Shown: positions 1 through 9,461, numbered from the stretch's first letter. The stretch is DNA of 56,731 bases from Thermoplasmata archaeon (GCA_022750415.1 JAKIVT010000003.1:1-56731), one strand, 5' to 3'. Made by a program: numbers and translations. Notes: generated from the letters alone by a model not told the origin.

Positions 1-693
1 GTCCTCGTCGACCCGCCGCTGGCGGCGAACATCACGTCGGCGCAGGTCGCCGCGGACGTCGGGGGCCCCCTCGCGTTCGCCGCGAGCATCACCGGGGGTG
101 CCCCTCCCTACGCGTGCGCGTGGTCGATCGGGGGCGGGGCCTCGAACGCGCAGGCGTGCACCCAGGTGGTCCGGGCGCCGACCAGCGTCTCCGGCACCGT
201 CACGGCGCAGCTGGTCGTTACCGACGGGACGGGCGCGAACGTCTCCGCGACACCGCTCCAAGTCACGGTCAACTCCGCCCTGATCGTGACCCTCGCCGCC
301 GTGAACCCGAATGCCACGCTCCGGGTCGGGTCGGGGTCCCTCTTTGCCGTGTCCGTCGTCGGTGGAACCTTCCCCGTCTCCGTCACCTGGTACGCGAACG
401 CGACCGTGCTCCCCGGGCTCAATGGAACCACGGCGGCGATCGTCCCCAACGCGACCGGGAACCTGACGCTCTCCGTCCTCGTGGTCGACGCCGCCGGAGG
501 CAACGCGACCAGCGCTCCGCTGACGGTCGTCGTCCATGCGGCCGCGAGCACGACCAACCCCTCCGGGGGAGGCTCCGGCTCGGGAGGGTCGGACCTGACC
601 ACGTGGCTCGTGATCGGCCTCGCGGCCGTCGCCGTCGTGGAGGCGGTCTTCCTCTTCGGGCTCCGTCGTCCACCGAAGACGCCGAGCGGCTAG
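1..693 (+). CDS. PKD-repeat cell-surface protein, C-terminal part (5' end outside window), C-terminal TM anchor
   Basis: Frame +1 is open from nt 1 (VLVDPPLAANITSAQV...ITGGAPPYACAWSIGGG). It continues with further Ig-like repeats carrying the GGxxPxxxxW PKD-type motif, a GGGSGSGGS linker, then a hydrophobic helix plus basic tail (WLVIGLAAVAVVEAVFLFGLRRPPK). Many N-x-S/T sequons. Confidence 0.7.
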   Translation, partial: VLVDPPLAANITSAQVAADVGGPLAFAASITGGAPPYACAWSIGGGASNAQACTQVVRAPTSVSGTVTAQLVVTDGTGANVSATPLQVTVNSALIVTLAAVNPNATLRVGSGSLFAVSVVGGTFPVSVTWYANATVLPGLNGTTAAIVPNATGNLTLSVLVVDAAGGNATSAPLTVVVHAAASTTNPSGGGSGSGGSDLTTWLVIGLAAVAVVEAVFLFGLRRPPKTPSG

Positions 694-700
694 CCCGGTC

Positions 701-1678
701 CTACGTTCGTGGGGTCGCCGCCATCACGGCGCCCACGAATCGGCCGTCCGCCGCGAGCCGGGCGTTCGGACCGACGAGGCAGCCCTCCACGGACGCGCCC
801 GACCCGACCACCGCGCCGTCCATCAGGACCGAATTCTCCACGTGCGCCCCCCGTTCGACGACGACCCGGTCGCCGAGGGTCACGTACGGCCCGAACTCCG
901 CGCCCCGCGCGTCCACCCCCGTTCCGAACGCGACCGGTCCGAGACCTTGCGAACCGGGCGGTAAGGTCCCGGGACCTCCTCGGCCGTCGTCGAACAGAAG
1001 TCGCTGCGCCCGCAGGAGGCGCTCCGGCGTTCCGGCGTCTTCCCAGTATCCCGTCGAACGGAATCCGAAGACCCCCTTCGGGAGCGTACCGGGAACGACC
1101 TCCCGCTCGAAGCTCACGGGGCGGCCTTGGGGGATCGCTTGGAGGACCTGCTCCGACCAGACCGCGACCCCCGCGTTGATCCAGTGGGAGGGAGCGTCGG
1201 CCGGTTCGGGTTTCTCAACGAACCGTTCGATCCGGTCCTCCCCGTTGAGCGCGGCGACCCCGTACGGCCGGGTGTCGTCGACTTCGTGGAGGAGGAGCGT
1301 CCCGAAGGCGCCCTTCGACCGGTGGAACGCGAGGAGCCCGCCGATGTCGGCGTCGGAGATCACGTCGGAATTGAGGAGGATGAACGGGTCGCCGATCCCG
1401 TCGCCGGCATTCCGCATCCCGCCGCCGGTTCCCAACGGCTCCGACTCGGAAACGGTTGTCACCGTGAGATGGAGCGGAGGGTGCGCGCGGACGTACGCGT
1501 CGATGACTTCGGCCTTGTAGCCGGTCGCGAAGACGGCTTCGTCGACCTCGCGCGGCAGGAGGTCGAGGACGTGGTAGAGCATCGGCTTCCCGGCGATCGG
1601 GATCAGCTGCTTCGGCAACTCGTGGGTGACCGGCCGCAGGCGGGTCCCGAATCCACCGATCAGTACGAGCGCCTTCAT
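701..1678 (-). CDS. NDP-sugar pyrophosphorylase (mannose-1-phosphate guanylyltransferase-like nucleotidyltransferase with C-terminal hexapeptide-repeat region)
   Basis: N-terminal MKALVLIGGFGTRLRPVT...KQLIPIAGKPML nucleotidyltransferase loop. C-terminal imperfect hexapeptide repeats (VTLGDRVVVERGAHVENSVLMDGAVVGSGASVEGCLVG). ATG at 1678 with a TTAAT-like box about 30-38 nt upstream. Confidence 0.85.
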   Translation of the reverse strand: MKALVLIGGFGTRLRPVTHELPKQLIPIAGKPMLYHVLDLLPREVDEAVFATGYKAEVIDAYVRAHPPLHLTVTTVSESEPLGTGGGMRNAGDGIGDPFILLNSDVISDADIGGLLAFHRSKGAFGTLLLHEVDDTRPYGVAALNGEDRIERFVEKPEPADAPSHWINAGVAVWSEQVLQAIPQGRPVSFEREVVPGTLPKGVFGFRSTGYWEDAGTPERLLRAQRLLFDDGRGGPGTLPPGSQGLGPVAFGTGVDARGAEFGPYVTLGDRVVVERGAHVENSVLMDGAVVGSGASVEGCLVGPNARLAADGRFVGAVMAATPRT

Positions 1679-1730
1679 CGTGGCCCGGGCGCGGCAAGGC
1701 GCCTCGGGATTAACGGTTCCCGCGCCCCCG

Positions 1731-2927
1731 TCATAGCCCCGGCGGCGCCCGGCCCCGCTTCGTCGCGGTCGAGTACTCTCGCTCGACGAGCGTCTTCAGG
1801 AGCCTCGCCGGGCTCCCCCAGATCGTGACCCGGCTGAACCGCCCGGCGGCGCGTCCGACCCCCAGGGCGACGACCACGCCCCGCTCCCGGTACTGGAACG
1901 GCCGCATCGGGCGACCGGACCACTGGGCGACCAAGTTCGCCGCGGCGACCGGCGCCTCCGCGAGGGCGGCCTGGGCGGTGCTCGGGACCACCATGTGGGT
2001 CTTCGGGTCCTCGAACTCCACGACGTCCCCCACACCGAACACGCCCGGGCGGTCGACGAGTTCGAGGTGCTCGGTGACCTTGAGGCGCCCCCCACGACCA
2101 TGCGGGCCGGGCAGGTTTCGGATCACTGGGGGAGCCTGGATCCCGGCCGCCCAGACGGCCAGGTCGAACGGGAGTTCGACCCCGTCCTCGAGGTACGCCC
2201 GACCCGGCTCGATCTTCCGGACGTTCAGCCCCTCGTGGAGAACGACTCCCGCATCGTACAGTTGCCGCCGGGCGTGGCGGACGAGGCTTTCCGGCAGGCC
2301 GGCGAGGAACGGGAGCGCTCCGCACACGAGCACCACCTCGGGCGGACGGGCATGCGGGTCGGCGATCTCGCGCCAGTCCGCGGTGGCGATCTCGGCCGCG
2401 ACCTCGGTGCCGGTCGACCCGCCCCCAACGACGAGGACGCGCGGGCGGCGGCCGGCGGGGAGCCCGATGGAGTGCGCCTCCAACTCCCGGAGGGCCCCGG
2501 CCAATCGGACGGCGCCACTGTACCGGTAGACCTGGAACGTGTGGGCCTCGGCCCCTTCCACCCCGTAGAACGCCGCGACGTTCCCGAGGCAGATCGCGAG
2601 GCTTCGGTATCGGATCCTCTCGCTGCCGAGGTCGACGGTCCGACCGTCGAAGTCGATCCCCTCGACGGTCCCCTGGCGGAACTCGATCCCCTCGCGGGCG
2701 ACCAACTTCTCGATCGGCAGCGTGAACCGACGGCGGGTCCGGTCCGCCTTGGCGATGGCCCCGACCTCGAACAGCTCCGTGCGGAGGACGTGCACCGGAC
2801 TGCGGTCGACGAGGACGACCGGGATCGTCCCGCGGCTCTTCCGGCGGATCTCGTTGGCGACGCGGAGCCCGGCGTATCCCGCTCCTAGGACGACAGCGAC
2901 GTCGCCGGATTCTGCGCCCGTCGACAT
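1731..2927 (-). CDS. FAD/NAD(P)-dependent pyridine-nucleotide oxidoreductase, type II NADH dehydrogenase-like
   Basis: Two Rossmann dinucleotide motifs (VAVVLGAGYAG and VLVVGGGSTGTE), a GVGDV motif near the C-terminal third, length 398 aa. Confidence 0.8.
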   Translation of the reverse strand: MSTGAESGDVAVVLGAGYAGLRVANEIRRKSRGTIPVVLVDRSPVHVLRTELFEVGAIAKADRTRRRFTLPIEKLVAREGIEFRQGTVEGIDFDGRTVDLGSERIRYRSLAICLGNVAAFYGVEGAEAHTFQVYRYSGAVRLAGALRELEAHSIGLPAGRRPRVLVVGGGSTGTEVAAEIATADWREIADPHARPPEVVLVCGALPFLAGLPESLVRHARRQLYDAGVVLHEGLNVRKIEPGRAYLEDGVELPFDLAVWAAGIQAPPVIRNLPGPHGRGGRLKVTEHLELVDRPGVFGVGDVVEFEDPKTHMVVPSTAQAALAEAPVAAANLVAQWSGRPMRPFQYRERGVVVALGVGRAAGRFSRVTIWGSPARLLKTLVEREYSTATKRGRAPPGL

Positions 2928-3013
2928 CCGGCGGGTCCAGTCGGGGCGGCCCCTTCATCTTTGCCGCATCCTCCCGGGAGCGCGGCCGGTCGGGGCCTCG
3001 GAGAGCCAACGCG

Positions 3014-3817
3014 ATGGGTCCCGTTCACGGCGTCACCTTCGACCTCTGGCACACCCTGCTCGACCTCCCCCCGTACGCCGAGAGCGACTACATGCGCCGT
3101 CAGTGGGCGCTCGGGGGCGAGACGGTCTCGGAGGCGGAGCCCGGCCCGCTGGCCCCCGAGCTTTCCGCGCCGCTCGACCCGTGGACCGCGTTTCGGCAAG
3201 CGTACGACGAGGCGGTCGTGGCCGCGCGGACCGGCTCCACGATCTCCCCCGCGGACCAGCTCCGGCGGGCGGCCCATCTCGCCGGGCGGCGCCCGCGGCC
3301 GGAGGCGTACGAACGGCGACTCGAGCACCTGGTGAGCCACACCCCGTTCCGGGCCGTTCGGGGGGGGAAGGCGGTCCTGGAGCGATTGCGCCTCGACGGT
3401 TGCCGGCTCGCCGTCGTGTCCAACACCATCGGGGAGCCGGGACGGTTCTTCGCCCCGGTCCTGGAACGGATGGGGCTGGTCCGTTCGTTCGATGCCCTCG
3501 TCTGGTCGGACGAGCATCCCTGGGCCAAGCCCAGCCCGCAGCTGTTCCAATCGGCCCTCTCCAAGCTTGGCGCGGACGCCATCGACTCGGTACACATCGG
3601 CGACGGCCCCTCGGACATTCTGGGTGCGCAGGCGGCGGGGTACCGGGCGACGATCCTGTTCGAGGGAAGTTCCGACTACGCGCCCGAATACCGAACGCTG
3701 TTCGCCCCGGCGTCGCCCTCGCCCTTGAAACCAACCCACAAGGTCCGGAAGCTCGAGGAGATCCCACCCCTCATCGAGACGATCTTGGACGTGGGGTGGA
3801 AAGGCCGTTCCGACTAG
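3014..3817 (+). CDS. HAD-superfamily hydrolase (IA-like)
   Basis: Motif I VTFDLWHTLLD, motif II VVSNT, motif III/IV K...VHIGDGPSDILGAQAAG. Confidence 0.8.
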   Translation: MGPVHGVTFDLWHTLLDLPPYAESDYMRRQWALGGETVSEAEPGPLAPELSAPLDPWTAFRQAYDEAVVAARTGSTISPADQLRRAAHLAGRRPRPEAYERRLEHLVSHTPFRAVRGGKAVLERLRLDGCRLAVVSNTIGEPGRFFAPVLERMGLVRSFDALVWSDEHPWAKPSPQLFQSALSKLGADAIDSVHIGDGPSDILGAQAAGYRATILFEGSSDYAPEYRTLFAPASPSPLKPTHKVRKLEEIPPLIETILDVGWKGRSD

Positions 3818-4878
3818 CCCACTGGCCGGGGCGTGACAGCGGCCACGGACCCGGGAACCGGTCCCGGCTCGGCGAGTCGGCCCTGGAGTCGCCAAGCGAC
3901 CACGAGGACCACGGCGACGACCGGCACGACCGCGAAATCTCCGAGGACGCCCCAGACCGAGGCAAGGGCGAGGTCAAACGAGAGCGCCCCGAGCACGAAG
4001 TCGAGGCGCACGGCCGGGTGGCCGAACGACTCGGCATGACGGGCCACGTACAGCCCGAACGCGACCGACCACGCCACGAGGGCCGCCACCACGACCGCCG
4101 GGATGGCGATCAGCTCCGGCGCGATCCACGACAGCCCAAAGAATCCCCAAACGAACGTCGCGCCCAACACCAAGGGGTGCGCTACGCCGAGAGAGGGGAC
4201 GGTCCCGGATCGGAGGGCCGTCAGCCCGGCAGGGGCGTATCGAGCCGACCCGACGAGCCCGCCGATGGCCGCGAGGGTCGCAAGGAGGACGGGTCCGCTG
4301 GGGATCTCGTTCCCGTTGAACAGGACGAACATCGCTCCGACGGTGAGAACGAACACCGCGACCACCGCGGTGAGCGCCCGCCGAGTGGAGAGGAACGACA
4401 CCCGGGCGCTCGCGGGAAAGATCAGGGCCACGACGGCGATCGGGAGAGCGATGCTGAAGATTGCGTGGAAAAGTGCCAGCTCCGTGGCCCAGACCCAATT
4501 GACACCCGCGAAGTGGCCGTACGTGGCGAGGAACCCGACCCCTTTCGGACCGAAGAACGTCTTCGTGCCGATCCCCTCCTCGGCGATGCCGTACGCGGCT
4601 CCGAGGAGGAGGACGGTCGGCCACCCCTTGTTCCAGCGAATCGCGGCTTCTCGAACCAGGAGAACACCGGCGCCGTAGAGGCCGATCAGGAAGACCGCCG
4701 AGAGGGGGTCGAGGAGCGGGACCAGGACGGGGGTCGACCCCGTGAGGAATTCCGCGAATGTGATCGAGCAGAGGATGAGGACAATCCACGGGAGGTTTCG
4801 CGCGAGGACGGGCGGAACGTGGGGGAACGTCAGAACGCCCGCGGGACGGACCCAATCGGACCGGGGGGACACGCGCAT
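3814..4878 (-). CDS. polytopic integral membrane protein, unknown function
   Basis: 354-aa ORF with about 9 hydrophobic segments and realistic composition. TACAAATAG box (4904-4912, minus sense) about 30 nt upstream of ATG 4878. No family recognised. Confidence 0.6.
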   Translation of the reverse strand: MRVSPRSDWVRPAGVLTFPHVPPVLARNLPWIVLILCSITFAEFLTGSTPVLVPLLDPLSAVFLIGLYGAGVLLVREAAIRWNKGWPTVLLLGAAYGIAEEGIGTKTFFGPKGVGFLATYGHFAGVNWVWATELALFHAIFSIALPIAVVALIFPASARVSFLSTRRALTAVVAVFVLTVGAMFVLFNGNEIPSGPVLLATLAAIGGLVGSARYAPAGLTALRSGTVPSLGVAHPLVLGATFVWGFFGLSWIAPELIAIPAVVVAALVAWSVAFGLYVARHAESFGHPAVRLDFVLGALSFDLALASVWGVLGDFAVVPVVAVVLVVAWRLQGRLAEPGPVPGSVAAVTPRPVG

Positions 4879-4990
4879 CGATGGGGTATCTCCCGTGGAC
4901 GCCCTATTTGTAGCCGCCAGAACGAATCCGCCACCCGCCCTTGGGCGCGTGGCACCGGCAGTGCCGAAGCGCGACTCGGGTGGGCCCGAA

Positions 4991-6334
4991 TCACTTCACC
5001 TGGTCGGCACCGAGCCACCGGCGGTCCGCGGACCGGGCCGCGGCGGCCCCGAGGAGGATCCCTCCCAGGAGGAGTCCGGAGACCGCGACGACGACGGGGA
5101 GCGAGCCTCCGACGACCGGGACATCGACGAATGGGGTCACCGAGGTGGACGAATGGGTCACGTTGACCACGATGAGGTCGGTGACGTCCTGGGCGTAGAG
5201 GCCGACGAACTGTTCCTGCGTCAGGTCGTACGTAACCGGGGTGTTCCCACGGATATCAATGGAATCCGAAATCGTCCGACCCGAGCCAAGATCGATCACC
5301 GTGATCCCCCCATTGTACGACAAATACGCCTCATGTTGAGCCCGGTCGAATCCGATCGGCGCGTCGGCGGAGACGTTGAGCTGCTCCAAGGGGGCGAGGG
5401 AGGTCAGGTTCAGGACCTCCGTCCCGAAGGAGCTGGCCCGGATGGTTGTCGGCTGGAACGAGACGTAAAGTCGGTTGTCCGGTACGTCCCCCGAGATGCC
5501 GTCGACCGACCCCGGCATCGGCGTGGTGGCCAGTACGTTCCCGGTCCCCGCATCGAATTCGACGAGGTCGGGTGCCCCCGGGCTCGGGAAGAACAGATGC
5601 CCCCTCGCCACGTCCATCCAGAGCAGATTGCCCCACGGGTAGAACGGCGACGATCCGGGGGGGTTTGTCGCCGGCTGGATGGTGGTCACGTACTCGTCCG
5701 ACGCGACATTGACCTCCGTGAGGGTGGAATTGACACCGATGCAGTAGAGGATCGAATGGGCCGAGTCGAGCGCCATTCCGAAAAACGAAGACCCGTTTTC
5801 CGGGACGGGGATCGTGGCGGCCACCGCCGCGGAACTCACATTGAAAACGACGATCGAATCGTTGTGGGACCCCGCACACTCGGTGAACGCGAACACTCCT
5901 TCGCCTGGATAGTACGCCCCCCGGGGGGTGCACGGCAGGCCCACCGAGGCGATCAGATGGTAGGGCGCGGTGTCGAGAACCACGAGTCGACCGGACCCCA
6001 CGTCCCCGAGAGCGTACCCGACGTCGGTCGCGAAGGTGACGAACAAGACCCCGAGCGGCTGGACCCACGTGACCGCTCCGCTGGTGACCCCTCCACTCGA
6101 GTACGGCCCGAGGGCGCAGTAGTTCTCCGGCTCTCCGCATCCCGCGTAGTCCTCGTACCCGGGGGCCGTAACCGTCGGAGTGCTCGGCGGTGCGGCGAGT
6201 CCATACGAATGCCCCACCGTCGCCAAAGCGAATCCCGTCCCGGGTCCGAGGAGGACGAGCGCGAGCCCGCCGATGAGCAGGAGTCGGTCCATCCGGGGTC
6301 GCCGAGTCCCCCGGCCGGCGGACCCGGAGCTCAT
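4991..6334 (-). CDS. secreted beta-propeller-like surface protein with C-terminal TM anchor
   Basis: N-terminal basic plus hydrophobic signal (RRPRMDRLLLIGGLALVLLG). Repeated beta-rich segments resembling YncE/YVTN-type propeller blades. C-terminal helix LPVVVAVSGLLLGGILLGAAAA plus basic tail. Many sequons. The propeller assignment is tentative. Confidence 0.6.
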   Translation of the reverse strand: MSSGSAGRGTRRPRMDRLLLIGGLALVLLGPGTGFALATVGHSYGLAAPPSTPTVTAPGYEDYAGCGEPENYCALGPYSSGGVTSGAVTWVQPLGVLFVTFATDVGYALGDVGSGRLVVLDTAPYHLIASVGLPCTPRGAYYPGEGVFAFTECAGSHNDSIVVFNVSSAAVAATIPVPENGSSFFGMALDSAHSILYCIGVNSTLTEVNVASDEYVTTIQPATNPPGSSPFYPWGNLLWMDVARGHLFFPSPGAPDLVEFDAGTGNVLATTPMPGSVDGISGDVPDNRLYVSFQPTTIRASSFGTEVLNLTSLAPLEQLNVSADAPIGFDRAQHEAYLSYNGGITVIDLGSGRTISDSIDIRGNTPVTYDLTQEQFVGLYAQDVTDLIVVNVTHSSTSVTPFVDVPVVGGSLPVVVAVSGLLLGGILLGAAAARSADRRWLGADQVK

Positions 6335-6379
6335 CGGTTTCGAGCCCGGGGTGGCAGCCCCCAGTATTGGGGCCGGGAG

Positions 6380-6452
6380 AGCTGAGGGAGGGAATCGAAC
6401 CCCCAGGAATCGGATCTGCAGTCCGACGCATTAACCATTCTGCCACCTCAGC
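6380..6452 (-). tRNA. tRNA-Cys (anticodon GCA), no intron, no encoded CCA
   Basis: Minus-strand sequence GCTGAGG-TG-GCAG-AATGGTTA-ATGC-G-TCGGA-CTGCAGA-TCCGA-TTCCT-GGGGG-TTCGATT-CCCTC-CCTCAGC-T folds as a cloverleaf. It has a 7-bp acceptor stem, a GG in the D-loop, U33-GCA-G37, a TTCGATT T-loop and discriminator U73 (the Cys identity element). Confidence 0.9.
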
Positions 6453-6476
6453 GCGCGGCGCGGAGATAGGTCGCGC

Positions 6477-6484
6477 GATAAAAG
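6477..6484 (-). promoter_or_regulatory. TATA box (CTTTTATC) for tRNA-Cys
   Basis: An AT-rich octamer centred about 29 nt upstream of the tRNA 5' end in otherwise GC-rich sequence. Confidence 0.5.
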
Positions 6485-6498
6485 GCGTAAGGGGCGCC

Positions 6499-7179
6499 CT
6501 ACAGAGGGCGAAACCCCCGGCTCGCCCGCAGCGCGATCGTCCGGATCGCGAGCCGCGCCATCTCCCCGTATCGGAGCGAAGTTCCGGCGGAGAGCGTGTG
6601 GCGGCGGCGGAGCTCCTCGAGCAGGTGATCGATGCTCTCGATCCCTTCGGGAAAGACCGTGTACGCCCGTCCGACACCGGCGACATCGTGGGCGTCGCTC
6701 CCGCCGGTCTCTCCAAGCGTTCGGCGGGCGGCGATCACCGCGGCCCGGGCGTTGGCGAGTTCCGAATTGTGTCCGTTCACGGTTTCCAACGCGGAGACTC
6801 GCAGGGACTCGGCCAGGCGTCGACCGATGCCATGGCTGCGTCGGGCGGGATGGGCCGGGACCGCCACACCGCCGTGGGCCTCGATCCATTCGACCGTCTC
6901 CGCGGCGGGGCGGTGCAGCGGGGGCACTTCCCCGAGTCCGAGGGCGAGGACGTGTCCGTCCTGGGTCGAGACCTCGATCCCCGGCACGAATCGGTACTGG
7001 GGGTACCGCTCCGCAAGGGCCCGGAGGGCGCTGTGTCCGGCGACGGTGTTGTGGTCGGTGAGCGCGAACCCGTTCAACCCCTGCGGACCGAGCCGCTCCA
7101 CCGCCGCCTCGAGGGGGAGCCGGGAGTCCGGCGAGTAGGAGCTGTGCACGTGCAGGTCGAGATGGAGGCCGGGGTTCAT
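6499..7179 (-). CDS. PHP-domain metal-dependent phosphoesterase
   Basis: MNPGLHLDLHVHSSYSPDS...ALTDHNTVAGH...GGSDAH motifs typical of PHP (polymerase/histidinol phosphatase) domains. The ATG (7177-7179) overlaps the metG stop in an ATGA. The 570-aa ORF in the track is an N-terminal over-extension. Confidence 0.8.
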   Translation of the reverse strand: MNPGLHLDLHVHSSYSPDSRLPLEAAVERLGPQGLNGFALTDHNTVAGHSALRALAERYPQYRFVPGIEVSTQDGHVLALGLGEVPPLHRPAAETVEWIEAHGGVAVPAHPARRSHGIGRRLAESLRVSALETVNGHNSELANARAAVIAARRTLGETGGSDAHDVAGVGRAYTVFPEGIESIDHLLEELRRRHTLSAGTSLRYGEMARLAIRTIALRASRGFRPL

Positions 7180-9461
7180 CGGACTCGTGTCCCGGGGGCC
7201 GCATTTCCCGGCGCGCCTACCGGATGGTCCGAGTCGAACGCGAGCAGCTCGCCCGCGGTCGCCTCGGCGGAGAGGAGTCGGACGACGACCAGGGCCCCCT
7301 CGCCCACGGCCCCTTCGGTCCCGACGGTCCGTCCGCCAATCTCGAGCGAAGTACCGGTCGGGGTCCGGGCGAGCGCTCGCCCGACCAGCAATGGCGTTGC
7401 TTCGAAGTCCGCATAGGCGATCGTCGGCGCCGGAGACACGACGCCCGCGATGGAGCGCCCGGGCTCGACCCCGGCCGGGATTTCGAGGAGGGCGGCGTTC
7501 CCGGCGACGTCGGCAGCGAGGATCATTCCCTGGCTCGTGATGCGGCGGATCGTCCTGGGTTCGAGGTTCGCCAGCAGGGCGACGGTCCGACCGGTCAATT
7601 GCTCGGCGGTGTAGGAGCTCCGAAGGCCCGCGACGACGGTTCGCATGTGACCCTCGCCGGCGTCGACGGTCAAGACGTATAACCGGTCGGCGGACGGATG
7701 GTTCTCCACGGCGGTCACCCGGGCCGCTCGGATGTCGAGGGGGCGGGGCCCGGCCGCGCGGGCGGGGGTCGCGACCGACACGGCCGCTCCAGCCTTCGGC
7801 GGCGGCGTCGCGGCGGGCACTTTCGGCTTTTCCCGACGGGGGAACAGGGGGCGCACCTCGCCGAGTGGCTGCCCGGCAGGGACCGGGGTGAGGGCCGCAT
7901 CCCAATCTCCGGCCCGAGGTGAGTCCGAGAACCCGAGCATCCGGAACAGTTCGGCCGAGGAGAAGGGGAGGTACGGCGAGAGCCAGAGACCGGCCGACTT
8001 GAGGAGCCAAAGCCCCTCCGTGACGGCCCGCTGCCGAACCGGTTCTTCCGACGCCCACGGCTTCGCCTCGTGGAAGCGACGGTTCCCTTCGCGAACCTCG
8101 GCCAGCGCGAGCTCGAGCGCTTCCTTCAGTCGAACCGCTTCCAGCTCCTCGGTGATCCGCCGGTGGGCGAGCCGGATCCGCTCGCCGACCTCGCTCGTCT
8201 CCGGGGTCCAACCCTCGGGAGGGTCGGGGACCTTCCCTCCGTACCGGTCACGGGCGAGGATGAGCAGTCGTTGGACGAGGTTGCCGTACTGGTTCGCGAG
8301 GATCTCGTCGTGGACCCGGTCGAATTCCTCCCAGTCGAGCTCGGTGTCGTGGTTCTGGGGCGCGAGGAGCGCCGCGTAGAATCGGATCGCGTCCGGCGGG
8401 TACTTTTCGAGGAGCGTCGGGAGGAAGGCGTCGCCCGCGCCCCCATCCCGCCCCTTGGCGATCTTCTTCCCGTCGATGACGAGCCACTCGTTCGCCGGGA
8501 TGTCGTACGGGAGCTGGAGCCCCTTCGCACCGAGCAGGATCGACGGCCAAACGACGGTGTGGAAGAAGATGTTGTCCTTCCCGATGAAGTAGTACTGGCG
8601 GGCCCGATGGACTGGGTCCCAGTACGACTTCCAGGCGTCCGGCCGCCCCGCGCGGATCGCCCACTCCTTCGACGCGGAAAGGTAGCCGGTGACGGCGTCG
8701 AACCACACGTAGAACCGCTTCGAATCGTACCCCTCGAGCGGAATCGGCACGCCCCAGTCGAGGTCGCGGGTGATCGGGGTAGCGTGCAGGCCGGTATCGA
8801 GGAAGTTTCGGGTGACCTTCGCGACGTTTGGTCGCCAGTAGGTCTTGTCCGAGAGCCACTCGGTCAGGGCGGCAGAAGTCTTGTCGAGCAGGAGATAGAA
8901 GTGTTCGCTTGGCCGGAACTCGGCCGTGTTCGAGCACAACCGGCACTTCGGGTCTTTCAGCTGCTTCGGCTCGAGGACTCGGCCGCACGAGTCGCACTCG
9001 TCGCCCCGCGCCTCGGCGAACCCGCAGTACGGGCACGTCCCGTAGAGGTACCGGTCTGGGAGGAACCGGCGGTGGTGGGGGCAGTAGGCGTTCTCCTCGG
9101 TCCGGCGGGAAATGTATCCGTTCTCGAGGAGCGCGAGGAACAGCTCCTGGACCGTGCGCTCGTGGACCAGCGTGTGGGTGTTCGTGAACAGGTCGAACGA
9201 GAAACCGAGCCGTTGGAACGACCGGCGGTTGATCTCGTCGTTTCGACGGGCGACCTCCTCCGGGGTCGACCCTTCCTTCTCCGCGGTGACGAGGGTCGGG
9301 GTCCCGTGCATGTCCGAACCCGACACCATCAGGACCTCGTCGCCGCGCAGGCGGTGGAACCGGGCGAAGATGTCCCCGGGGAGGTAGGCGCCGGCCATGT
9401 GGCCGAGGTGGAACGGGCCGTTGGCGTACGGCCACGCGACGCCCACGAAGATTCGCGCCAT
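7176..9461 (-). CDS. metG: methionyl-tRNA synthetase with C-terminal EMAP/Trbp111-like tRNA-binding extension
   Basis: HIGH motif as PFHLGHMAG. Zinc knuckles CPHH...CPYCG...CDSCG...CRLC. Anticodon-binding helices. C-terminal DIRAARVTAVENHPSADRLYVLTVDAG OB-fold. I prefer ATG 9461 (MARIFVG) because GGAGG lies 4 nt upstream. ATG 9482 is the alternative. Confidence 0.9.
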   Translation of the reverse strand: MARIFVGVAWPYANGPFHLGHMAGAYLPGDIFARFHRLRGDEVLMVSGSDMHGTPTLVTAEKEGSTPEEVARRNDEINRRSFQRLGFSFDLFTNTHTLVHERTVQELFLALLENGYISRRTEENAYCPHHRRFLPDRYLYGTCPYCGFAEARGDECDSCGRVLEPKQLKDPKCRLCSNTAEFRPSEHFYLLLDKTSAALTEWLSDKTYWRPNVAKVTRNFLDTGLHATPITRDLDWGVPIPLEGYDSKRFYVWFDAVTGYLSASKEWAIRAGRPDAWKSYWDPVHRARQYYFIGKDNIFFHTVVWPSILLGAKGLQLPYDIPANEWLVIDGKKIAKGRDGGAGDAFLPTLLEKYPPDAIRFYAALLAPQNHDTELDWEEFDRVHDEILANQYGNLVQRLLILARDRYGGKVPDPPEGWTPETSEVGERIRLAHRRITEELEAVRLKEALELALAEVREGNRRFHEAKPWASEEPVRQRAVTEGLWLLKSAGLWLSPYLPFSSAELFRMLGFSDSPRAGDWDAALTPVPAGQPLGEVRPLFPRREKPKVPAATPPPKAGAAVSVATPARAAGPRPLDIRAARVTAVENHPSADRLYVLTVDAGEGHMRTVVAGLRSSYTAEQLTGRTVALLANLEPRTIRRITSQGMILAADVAGNAALLEIPAGVEPGRSIAGVVSPAPTIAYADFEATPLLVGRALARTPTGTSLEIGGRTVGTEGAVGEGALVVVRLLSAEATAGELLAFDSDHPVGAPGNAAPGTRVR

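Noticed and set aside
1675-3009. Many long ORFs in the six-frame track lie antisense or out of frame to recognised genes. Examples are 1675-3009(-), 2722-5166(+), 8248-10158(-), 13344-15407(-), 27857-29686(-), 35678-37951(+), 37822-39258(-), 46113-48362(+) and 42138-44228(+).
   Set aside because: Their translations are dominated by Arg/Pro/Gly/Asp low-complexity sequence with no recognisable motifs. Each overlaps a gene with strong family signatures in another frame. Long spurious ORFs are expected at this GC content because stop codons are rare.
3814-3817. The palindromic CTAG serves as the stop codon (TAG) for both convergent genes, the HAD gene and the membrane-protein gene.
   Set aside because: It is real but trivial. 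A 4-nt convergent overlap is a common compaction feature and implies no special mechanism.
6499-8211. Over-extended longest-ORF models: 6499-8211 (PHP), 9397-10464 (thyX), 12714-14567 (hbd), 20840-22492 (tag), 22824-26120 (BNR protein), 31402-32613 (ABC), 32436-34283 (permease), 38421-39950 (Fic-like), 43571-44488 (receiver 2), 49173-50624 (sat), 50719-52890 (HxlR) and 53036-54682 (sulfatase-fold).
   Set aside because: The N-terminal extensions are Arg-rich filler, overlap upstream genes, or run through the TATA element. Internal ATG or GTG starts fit family N-termini, promoter spacing or stop/start overlaps, so the trimmed coordinates were reported instead.
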